From the NCBI GenBank assembly GCA_015228815.1, contig JADGCV010000012.1, positions 26,749 to 90,748 on the forward strand: a stretch of DNA of 64,000 nucleotides, written 5' to 3'. The notes beneath the pieces were generated by a model. That model searched no databases, was not told where the DNA came from, and saw only the letters and a list, made by a program, of their open reading frames with translations. This document shows, piece by piece, positions 8,031 through 16,187 of this stretch (the first letter of the stretch is position 1; every line of letters begins with the position of its first letter). Source of the stretch: Magnetococcales bacterium. Its GTDB lineage: Bacteria; Pseudomonadota; Magnetococcia; Magnetococcales; UBA8363. The position numbers and the translations under genes are program-made.

Positions 8031-9427
8031 CTCTCAATCCCCTCCCATGCGGGGCGATGACTTCAAGAAGCAGTAGAGCAGAATGGATATGCTTTACAAG
8101 ATGTAGTCTCAATCCCCTTTCATGCGGTGCGATGACTGCAAGAATTCTCAGAGTGGACTACGGCAAGCCAATGCCGGTCACATGTTTCAATCCCCTTTCA
8201 TGCGGGGCGATGACTTCAAGAAGCAGTAGAGCAGAATGGATATGCTTTACAAGATGTAGTCTCAATCCCCTTTCATGCGGGGCGATGACTGCAAGACTTA
8301 AATGGTACTTGGAAATGAATGAAGGACACGTAGCGTCTCAATCCCCTTTCATGCGGGGCGATGACTGCAAGACGCCTTTGAGTCTGGCGTTGTTGGACGA
8401 GGCGACCGACGAGTCTCAATCCCCTTTCATGCGGGGCGATGACTGCAAGGAGTCCGTCGCCGGGACCGACATACCAACCCAGTCCGAGTCTCAATCCCCT
8501 TTCATGCGGGGCGATGACTGCAAGAAGTGGGCGGGTGGCGATCGGAATGACTTCGCGCGTCTGGTAGTCTCAATCCCCTTTCATGCGGGGCGATGACTGC
8601 AAGGATGGATCGTCCAGTCTCAATCCCCTTTCATGCGGGGCGATGACTGCAAGGCTATTGCGTGAGCAATAGCAGGTAAATCACTTTCCCAAGTCTCAAT
8701 CCCCTTTCATGCGGGGCGATGACTGCAAGAAAAAATAAAAAATGGAGGGAAAAGGAAATGAAAATGAGTCTCAATCCCCTTTCATGCGGGGCGATGACTG
8801 CAAGAAACAGAAGCCCCCAAACCTGCACAAGGGGGCCTATTCCCCCCGTCTCAATCCCCTTTCATGCGGGGCGATGACTGCAAGTCGATGAAAAGACGAA
8901 ACCGCACGATCCGAAATATAACAAGGTCTCAATCCCCTTTCATGCGGGGCGATGACTGCAAGTCGGGAGAATTCATTATCCTCGTCCGGTATCCGAGATA
9001 TTGTCTCAATCCCCTTTCATGCGGGGCGATGACTGCAAGCCGGTCGAAATTAACGAGTTCTACGCCGACCATCCCCAGGGTCTCAATCCCCTTTCATGCG
9101 GGGCGATGACTGCAAGTCATTGAGGGTAGTGGGGGGGTAGTATCCGGGTTGAAATCGTCTCAATCCCCTTTCATGCGGGGCGATGACTGCAAGATCGGAA
9201 ATAAGCTGCAAGTGAAAGTCGCAATAAAAGAAAGTCTCAATCCCCTTTCATGCGGGGCGATGACTGCAAGAGAGCAAGGTGAGAAAAATATAGTGTCAAG
9301 CGCAACATTAGTGTCTCAATCCCCTTTACATGCGGGGCGATGACTGCAAGAAAACATTGTGCCATGGATCAACAACAGTAAAATCATTATGTCTCAATCC
9401 CCTTTCATGCGGGGCGATGACTGCAAG
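8031..9427 (-). CRISPR. CRISPR array with 19 repeats and 18 spacers, presumably serving the adjacent type III-B genes
   Basis: The 37-bp repeat on the plus strand is GTCTCAATCCCCTTTCATGCGGGGCGATGACTGCAAG. Repeats start at 8031, 8106, 8184, 8259, 8335, 8413, 8488, 8567, 8617, 8693, 8768, 8848, 8926, 9003, 9080, 9157, 9234, 9313 and 9391. Spacers are 38-43 bp except one of 13 bp. Degenerate repeats lie at the 8031 end and an AT-rich non-coding flank at the 9428 end. The reverse complement ends in ATTGAGAC, the usual 8-nt crRNA 5-prime tag, so transcription is on the minus strand. Confidence 0.95.
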
Positions 9428-9726
9428 TTCCTACACTGCATGCCATTAAGAAACAAGGAAAAATTTAACGCTTTTTCGTAACGTGTCGTGATCGGGCGTG
9501 GTGGAAGGGGTATGGGGTGTTCTTTTTGGAGGCAGTGCAAAAAAATATGAGACGAATCAATTGGTTAAAATTTTCGTAACCGGAACGGAAATTCGGCGTG
9601 AAAACGGTTACGGCGGGATGGCGGTGATACGAGGGTTTTGATCGGTTGTTTCGAGTCCTGGATTTCCGCTTTATGGTCAACCGCCGCGGGAATGACAAAG
9701 ACGACGCATCCTGGGATGGTTTTGGT
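9428..9726 (-). promoter_or_regulatory. Putative CRISPR leader
   Basis: A 299-bp AT-richer non-coding stretch abuts the best-conserved end of the array. I could not pin down a clear -35/-10. Confidence 0.5.
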
Positions 9727-10491
9727 TTACATGGCATCCAGCCAACTCAGATAGGGTTGTTGTGGTTGGGGGATGGACGCCATGGTGAGGACACGGAGGG
9801 CCAGGACCCTGGGTTCGCCCGGCAGGGGACGGGTGATTCCCTGTACCCGCAACCATTCACCCGCGACCGGTACAGATTCTTTTGGAATTCCTTCCAGGAC
9901 CACCGCCACCGGGGAGGCGTCCGCGGCACAGCAGGCGATGGCGAACCGATAAAGGACGATCACCCCTTCGGCGCCACGTTCCGGAAACCGTTTTTGCGCG
10001 TCCTCGTCGTTCATGAACGCCACCCGTCCCACCAATTCGACCCGCGCCTGGATTTCGAGAACCTCGTGAACATAAAGGTCGATCAAGGTGACGGGAAAGA
10101 ATTCCCCAGGCCCGAGGCGCGATGGATCGTAACCGATCGTCCCCGGTTCCCGGGTTGGATCATAAACCCGCATCTGGATGCCGTTGCGCAGGTTTGCGAC
10201 ATCCAGGTTCAATGTCGTCACCCCCATCGCCACCGCCAGGAGCAGGGGGGTCCAATGGCCCGCCGTTTCCATGAGGAGGGCCAGGTGATGACGCCAGGGC
10301 AACCGGATGGTTCCCGACCGCTTGACCGGGGCGCCGACAAAGACGACCAGCAACAAAAACGTTCCCAGCCACAGGATGGTCCTCTGCGTATCGGCCAGAT
10401 AGGCGCCATCCCGCCCCGCGAGGATCATGAACAGGAAAAAGGCCAGCCAACCAACAAGTCTGAAATCGTTCCAAACCGCCAACGGACGCAT
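9727..10491 (-). CDS. TIGR03943/DUF1980-type membrane protein (partner of the COG0701 permease)
   Basis: ORF 9727..10530. The start is set at ATG 10491 (MRPLAVWNDFRLVGWLAFFLFMILAG), which overlaps the upstream stop by 1 nt (TGATG). It has N-terminal TM helices and a C-terminal AIACCAADA motif, and it is adjacent to the permease as is typical. Confidence 0.65.
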   Translation of the reverse strand: MRPLAVWNDFRLVGWLAFFLFMILAGRDGAYLADTQRTILWLGTFLLLVVFVGAPVKRSGTIRLPWRHHLALLMETAGHWTPLLLAVAMGVTTLNLDVANLRNGIQMRVYDPTREPGTIGYDPSRLGPGEFFPVTLIDLYVHEVLEIQARVELVGRVAFMNDEDAQKRFPERGAEGVIVLYRFAIACCAADASPVAVVLEGIPKESVPVAGEWLRVQGITRPLPGEPRVLALRVLTMASIPQPQQPYLSWLDAM

Positions 10492-11786
10492 CACATCCAC
10501 CCTTCCATGCCGAACATGAATAAATACCATTCGTCATACCATTCCTGGGGAATCAGGTGCAGCAACAGAATGTAGGCAGCGACGCCCAGGGGAATCACCA
10601 GGGCCAGACGAAGAATGAAGCCGGTCCGGAAAACGGTGCGGTACATGAGCAGCAGTTTGAGGTCGAGCATCGGTCCCAGAACCAGAAATGCCAGATGGGC
10701 ATTCCGGTCGAATTCCACGAAACTGGCGGCGACGAAGGCATCGGCCTCGGAGCACAGGGAAAGAATGAACGACAAGGCCATCATCACTGCCGGGCCACTG
10801 ACCTTTCCTTCCCCGATCCGGGTCAGATCCGACGGATCGATGAATGTTTTCAGCAGGCTTGCCAGAAAAACCCCGAAGAGAAAATAAAGCCCCATCTCCA
10901 GGAAATCATGCCGCGCATGGAGCAAGGCATGCTGTAACCTGTGGCGCCATTCCTCCCCTTCCGGTCCATGATGATCGACAAGGCAGGATGCGTCGGTACA
11001 CGAGGTGCCGGGACCATGGGGCAACGGCAAGGGATGGGTCTGGACCGGGCCCGAAAGGAGCGGCACGATCGGAATCATGGCGCGGCGGTCCCACGGGGGA
11101 AGGCTTTGTGGCTGGTCGGGGACGAGTACCGGTTGCCGCGTGAAGAACAACAGGAAAAAGCCGATGACCATGGCCACAAGAACCCCTCCGAGGCCGCGCA
11201 ACAACGGATAGAGGGAATCCTGATTGAAGGCCAGCCAGGTGCCCGTCAGGACGACCGGATTGACGATGGGCGCCGCCAACATCCACGCCACCGCGTGCGG
11301 CAGGGGCAAACCCTTGGACAACAGCCGCCGCATCACCAACACCACCCCGCACTCGCACGTGGGAAACAACGGCGCCGAAAGAATCACCGCCGGGATGCCA
11401 AGCCATCCCAGACGCCTGGCAAAACGGGGCAGCAGATACTGGGGAACGAAAATTTCGATCATCGCCGCGACGAAGGCCCCCAGAATCATGTACGGCGCCG
11501 CTTCCAGCGCGATGGATACAAAAAAGGTCGTGAAATTCTCCCGCCATCGGATTTCCGGGGGCATGTTGAGGCTGCCAAATGTGGGGGTCGGTGGCCCATC
11601 CCATCCCTGCCACAGGGGCTGAAACAGGAAGATCGATGAAAACCCCAGGATCAAGACCGCGACGATCCAGCGTTCGTGATCGATCTCCGGCGCGGGGGCT
11701 ACCGGTTCCGGCCCAGGGGATGTGCCCGATGACCCGCGTTTTCTTTGGCTTGGTTCCATCATCTGTCCTCGGTGATCGTTCACCAT
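10491..11786 (-). CDS. COG0701/DUF318-type permease
   Basis: ORF 10491..12014. The protein is polytopic and hydrophobic, with the two family motifs PLFPTCECGVV and SLCSEADAFVAASF. The start is uncertain. ATG 11786 was chosen because it has a purine-rich upstream stretch and lies below the end of the DUF1640 gene; 11762 and 11900 are alternatives. Confidence 0.7.
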   Translation of the reverse strand: MVNDHRGQMMEPSQRKRGSSGTSPGPEPVAPAPEIDHERWIVAVLILGFSSIFLFQPLWQGWDGPPTPTFGSLNMPPEIRWRENFTTFFVSIALEAAPYMILGAFVAAMIEIFVPQYLLPRFARRLGWLGIPAVILSAPLFPTCECGVVLVMRRLLSKGLPLPHAVAWMLAAPIVNPVVLTGTWLAFNQDSLYPLLRGLGGVLVAMVIGFFLLFFTRQPVLVPDQPQSLPPWDRRAMIPIVPLLSGPVQTHPLPLPHGPGTSCTDASCLVDHHGPEGEEWRHRLQHALLHARHDFLEMGLYFLFGVFLASLLKTFIDPSDLTRIGEGKVSGPAVMMALSFILSLCSEADAFVAASFVEFDRNAHLAFLVLGPMLDLKLLLMYRTVFRTGFILRLALVIPLGVAAYILLLHLIPQEWYDEWYLFMFGMEGWM

Positions 11787-11932
11787 CCCCGCTTCCTGCT
11801 GGAAGAGGGCTTTGGGTGCGGGCAAACAAAAATTCCATGATTCAACGATCCGTCGCAATCCTTTTGACGCGGCGCTTCGGGAAAAATGAACGCCATTCAT
11901 CAGGGGGGGGGGGAAGCGACTCCTCCGCAGGT

Positions 11933-12622
11933 TCACTTTCCCCCCTGCGACGGTGGCATCGTCTGACGCATCTCCGCGCCGGGAACAGGGACGAACTGGA
12001 CCGGCAGAGGCCACGCCCGCATGATGCCAAAGAGGATGCCGATACCCGCCAGGATCATCCCCCCCAGCTTGATGATCATCCGCAGTTCGAGTTCCCTGAT
12101 TCGTGTTTCCGCCTTGGTGTCGAGTTCCTTGAAACGTGTTTCCGCCTTGGTGTCGAGTTCCTTGAGGCTGGTCTGCATTCTGGCATCGAGTTCTTTGATG
12201 CTGGTTTGTGTCTTGGCGTCGAGTTCCTTGAGGCTGGTCTGCATTCTGGCATCGAGTTCTTTGATGCTGGTTTGTGTCTTGGCGTCGAGTTCCTTGATGC
12301 TGGTTTGTGTCTTGGCGTCGAGTTCCTTGATACTTGTTTCCAATTTGGTATCAAGTTCTTTGATACTTGTTTCCAATTTGGTATCAAGTTCCTTGATATC
12401 TCGTTGCAGATCGGAATGGACCTTCTCGATTTTAAGGTCAAGTTCCTTGATATCCCGTTTGAGGCCCGCGTTGATTTCGGCCAGGTCTTTCCTGGTGGCC
12501 AGTCGTTCCTCGATCAGGCTGAAAAAGGCTTCCGCCTGGAGGGCTGCCTGTTGTTCCGTCAACCCGGCATCCTTGAGTTTCCGGACATAGGCATAGGTGT
12601 CGAACGCGGTGGCATTGCACAT
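11933..12622 (-). CDS. DUF1640-type coiled-coil protein with C-terminal TM helix
   Basis: ORF 11933..12640. The second ATG (12622) is preceded by GGAG. The sequence runs MCNATAFDTYAYVRKLKDAGLTEQQAALQAEAF, then about ten 11-aa IKELDxKxxTS repeats, then MIIKLGGMILAGIGILFGIM. Confidence 0.75.
   Translation of the reverse strand: MCNATAFDTYAYVRKLKDAGLTEQQAALQAEAFFSLIEERLATRKDLAEINAGLKRDIKELDLKIEKVHSDLQRDIKELDTKLETSIKELDTKLETSIKELDAKTQTSIKELDAKTQTSIKELDARMQTSLKELDAKTQTSIKELDARMQTSLKELDTKAETRFKELDTKAETRIRELELRMIIKLGGMILAGIGILFGIMRAWPLPVQFVPVPGAEMRQTMPPSQGGK
12085..12445. repeat. 33-bp (11-codon) coding tandem repeat array inside the DUF1640 gene, with 66-bp higher-order units
   Basis: Units such as GGCGTCGAGTTCCTTGAGGCTGGTCTGCATTCT and GGCATCGAGTTCTTTGATGCTGGTTTGTGTCTT recur head to tail. 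The boundaries are approximate. Confidence 0.8.
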
Positions 12623-12789
12623 GATGGTTTCTCCTTCCATGGGACAAGTTTACAACACTGCCTTCGGCAACGTCCATTCCCGATGTCTGCCGGCCTGGGG
12701 CCATGGGTGCGTTGTTTCTGGCCGTTGGTCCATTCACGCCGATTGAATTTTTTTCGGTCCCGGTCGGCGGTTTCCAGGTACAAACGATC
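12611..12789. repeat. Direct repeat copy A (179 bp), roughly 90 percent identical to 35657-35834
   Basis: Hand alignment from GGCATTGCACATGATGGTTTCTC to TACAAACGATC. It covers the DUF1640 start and upstream region, plus a frameshifted fragment of a CZB-domain C-terminus (DRLYLETADRDRKK). Confidence 0.9.
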
Positions 12790-15063
12790 AAAGGTTTTTT
12801 CCTGGTTGAAATCAAGAGCCGCCCCGGTCGTCTGACCGGCAATGCCGGCGTGTGGGTCTGGATCCAGGAGGGTCGGGAGCATGTGTACGACAACCCGCTC
12901 CTACTTGCCAACCGCAAGGCCAGGAAACTCATCGCTTTGCTGCGCCGCCAGAAGGCGTTGTCGGATCGCACGTTATTTCTTGAAGCGCTGATTTTCTGTT
13001 CCGCGGAGGATCTCGAATGCGATCTGGATCAGCATGCGCGCACCGGGGTGTGGCTGAGAGACCGGGAAGTCGAAGGGGACAAGCCGGGTCGTCAGGGGAT
13101 CCTCCATGCATTGACCAAGGCGCTGACTCCGGAAGAGGTGCGGCGATTCCAGCGCATCGACCGCTCCATGGCCAGGAAGGTCTGCCGGGGCCTGGAAAAG
13201 GCAGGGATTCGCCGCGCCAACACGTACCGGCGGGTTGGCCAGTACCAACTGGGCCATCTGCTGGCCGAGGAGGACTTCTACCAGGAGTGGGAAGCACGGC
13301 ATGTCACTCTGGAGAAAATCTTCCGCCGGGTGCGGATCTATTCGGCTTCATCCAGGGAGAAGGGCACCCGGGAGGCCATCATCCGTGCGGCCCGGCGGGA
13401 GTTCCAGATCCTGGAAGGCATCGAGCATCCCGGGATTCTGCGCGCGGAGAACTATGTCGAGCATGAACTGGGGTTCACTCGGAGTTGTTGGAGCGTTTCG
13501 GGGGTGATCTGCTTCGGGCGTTCAACCATTTGGAGGAGCACGGCATTTCCCACCGGGACATCAAGCCGGGCAATCTGGGCCTGGTGGCGTCCGGCAGCAA
13601 GGGCAAGCTGCATCTGATCCTGTTTGATTTCTCCCTGGCGAGGATCCCGCCGGACAACATTCGCGCCGGCACGCCGCCCTATCTGGACCCGTTTCTCAAG
13701 GATGCCTCGCGCCGCCGGTGGGATCTGCATGCCGAGCGCTTTGCGGCGGCGGTCACTCTGTACGAGATGGCCACGGGAACCGTTCCCAAGTGGGGCGACG
13801 GCAGGAGCGATCCTGCGCTCCTGAGCTGTGAGGCGACCATTGACAGCGCGTTGTTCGAGCCTTCTCTGCGTGAGGGGTTGAGCGCATTTTTCACCAAGGC
13901 GCTGGCGCGTTCGGTCAAGAATCGCTTCGACACCTGCGAGGAGATGCTCAAGGCGTTCAGCCAGTTGTTCCGGGAGGTGGAACGGGCCGAACGCAGTACG
14001 GGCGCAGGCCACGCCGGCGATTGGGCCACCCTGCCGGAGCCGATCTCCCTGGAAACCCCGGTGGTGTTCCTGTCGTTCAGCGACCGGGCATTGAGTGCCC
14101 TTGAGCGGATGGATTTGCGGACCGTCGGCGATTTCCTGGGTGTCCATATCGACGGCCTCTCCCGCATTCGGGGGGGGGGACGTCAGACCCAGAAGGAGCT
14201 GACCCAGGTCCATCGCACGCTGGCGCCGCGTTTTCCGGAGTTGCATGTCACCGGCCCGCCCCAAAGCGGCGATGGACGATGCCTTGGCCCCGGAAGCGGA
14301 GGTGCAGAGCGTTGACCTGTTGGCCCGGCAGTTGATCCCGGCTCCGGCGCGGGCGGGTTCGGACGCCGAGCCTCGCGTCCTGGAGCTGCACCTGGGTTTG
14401 AAGGATCCGGTGGCGGTTTTCTCGACTCAGGCTCTCTGGCCCGGGCAGGCCGAGATTGCCGATGCGGTGGGCGTGACCCGGGGGCGGATCAGCCAGATCG
14501 TGGGCAAGGCGCGCACCCTCTGGGCCAAGCGGATTCCATCATTGACGGCGCTGCGTGGGGAGATTGCCGAACTGCTGAACGGGGCGGGCGGCGTCATGAC
14601 CCTGAGCGAGTTGAGCAATGCGGTGTTGGCTTTGCGGGGTTCCGCCCGGATGGCGCCGGAGCGTTTTCGCACCGCCCAGGCGGTGACCCGGGCTGCGTTG
14701 GAGGTGGATCGCGGCATGAAGTCGCCGCGTTGGATCGAACGGCGCGGCGACGGGCAGGTGTTTCTGGCCCAGGACGAGGACGACCGGGGGCAGGAGCGGG
14801 CCGACTATGCCCTGAGGCTGGGCCGCGCCGCCGATGAGCTGGCCGGGCAGGATCCTCTGCCCACGCCGTCCCGGGTGATGGAGCGGCTGCAAGGGGAGCG
14901 ATCGCCTCGGGATATGGCCCTGCTTTCCACCGCTCGTTTGCTGAAGCTGGCCGTCAGCGCCTCTCGCCATGCGGCCCTCTCCAGCCGGTTGGAGATCTAT
15001 GCCGGTGATTACCCCGGGCGAGTGGGCGCGTATTCCGGATGGGTGGATTCATGGACTGCATGA
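12790..15063 (+). pseudogene. pglW: PglW-like NERD + Ser/Thr protein kinase, 5-prime truncated and frame-disrupted
   Basis: Three consecutive ORFs lie in different frames.
- 12703..13617: after about 29 repeat-derived codons it reads FLVEIKSRPGRLTGNAGVWVWIQ..NPLLLANRKARKL, the C-terminal half of a NERD domain, followed by kinase N-lobe sequence REFQILEGIEHPGIL.
- 13485..14315: the catalytic core HRDIKPGNL, DFS, GTPPYLDPF.
- 14245..15063: an HTH-like tail.
The kinase segment between EHELG and LLERFGG is missing at about 13465-13485. Confidence 0.6.
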
Positions 15064-15488
15064 GCGGCCCAACGCATGAGGGCGAGAGAATTTCATGATC
15101 AATGCCGCGACATTATTGAAGGATTTGAAAGGGCTGCTGCCCGGTCTGGAGGAGGATATCCGCGCCCGGCTGGAGGAGATGCCCGAAGAGAAGGCGCGGC
15201 TGGTCTGCAACAGGCCCTGGCCCTGGCGGGTTATTTCATCAGCATGAAGGAGAACGAGGGCTGGTCTGCCGAACGACTCACCCCCCTGCTGGCCGGATTG
15301 CTGGAGTTGTTGCCCTGGCTCAAACAGTGGCACAATGCGCCGGATCCCACCTTCGATACCGGCATGGGGGATCACTTCGCCGGATTCATCGACGAACAGT
15401 TGCGCGAACTGAAGATGACCGAAGCGAAGGTGCGATCCTGGTCTCCACCCCAGACCGCACGCCGTCGAGGAGGGAAAAGGAACATGTC

Positions 15489-15866
15489 ATGAACATTGCC
15501 AGGCATACCGACTATTGGCGTAAAGGGTCCGGAGGCGATTGGGAGGCGGCAGAAATTTTGCTCGAAAAGGGCAAGATACAGCAAGGTCTGTTTTTTCTGC
15601 ATTTGGCCATGGAAAAACTGATCAAGGCCCACGTCTGCCGGATCACACGGCAGCTTCCTCCAAAGAGTCACAATTTGATCCGCCTTCTGGAACTGACGGG
15701 ACTCGACCCCGGCTTGAGCGAAAAAAGACTGTTGTTGGAGTTGAACGACTTCTGCATGGAGGGGCGCTATCCTGATGAACTGGCACCGCCACCATCGCAC
15801 AAAGAAGCATTGGCCATTCTGTATCGAATCCAGGAGGTGCGCATATGGTTGCACAACCAGTCGTAG
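15489..15866 (+). CDS. HEPN domain protein (toxin of a HEPN/MNT pair)
   Basis: Part of ORF 15327..15866. The ATG at 15489 gives MNIARHTDYWRKGSGGDWEAAEILLEKGKIQQGLFFLHLAMEKLIKAH ... EGRYPD, a HEPN-type layout including the R-x4-6-H-like region. Confidence 0.75.
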   Translation: MNIARHTDYWRKGSGGDWEAAEILLEKGKIQQGLFFLHLAMEKLIKAHVCRITRQLPPKSHNLIRLLELTGLDPGLSEKRLLLELNDFCMEGRYPDELAPPPSHKEALAILYRIQEVRIWLHNQS

Positions 15867-16171
15867 AAGCCGTGCAAAATTACATCAAGGCTCTACAGCT
15901 TGCTGGAATCGCCGTTGATTTTGCCGTCCTTTACGGATCCCATGCACGAGGCGAAGCAACGGAATGGAGCGATATCGATGTGATGGTGGTTTCTCCGCTC
16001 TTCGACCAGGAGAAACGTCGTGATGACATCAATCGTCTCTGGTACGCCACGTTGGAGTCAGACACGCGCATCGAGCCGGTTGGCGTAGGCACAAGGCAAT
16101 GGGAACTCGACGATGGTATCCCCCTGATCGAAATCGCCCGCCGCGAAGGCCAGATCATCCACCCAACATGA
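15845..16171 (+). CDS. Minimal nucleotidyltransferase (MNT) domain protein, antitoxin partner
   Basis: YGSHARGEATEWSDIDVMVV matches the GSxxRGxxxxxSDIDL motif. It overlaps the HEPN gene by 22 nt. Confidence 0.85.
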   Translation: MVAQPVVEAVQNYIKALQLAGIAVDFAVLYGSHARGEATEWSDIDVMVVSPLFDQEKRRDDINRLWYATLESDTRIEPVGVGTRQWELDDGIPLIEIARREGQIIHPT

Positions 16172-16187
16172 CCTGGGAAATCACAAC

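Noticed and set aside
8024-9343. ORFs 8024..8596 (+), 8273..8494 (-), 8864..9109 (+) and 9149..9343 (+), which lie inside the CRISPR array
   Set aside because: Their translations are just the repeat read over and over (QSPFMRGDDCK / NPLSCGAMTA). They are artefacts of the array periodicity.
9465-9737. A 90-aa minus ORF in the putative CRISPR leader
   Set aside because: It has a basic, low-complexity composition, no RBS and no motifs, and it lies in the AT-rich leader.
12703-12789. The first ~29 codons of ORF 12703..13617, considered as the true pglW start
   Set aside because: These codons are a translation of direct-repeat copy A, and the same sequence occurs at 35.7 kb. They are not part of a NERD domain. 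The gene is better read as 5-prime truncated.
11579-12835. A 418-aa plus ORF, with ORFs 12021..12590 and 12076..12441
   Set aside because: They are antisense or alternative-frame readings of the DUF1640 tandem repeats and the permease 5-prime region. The repeats keep every frame open.
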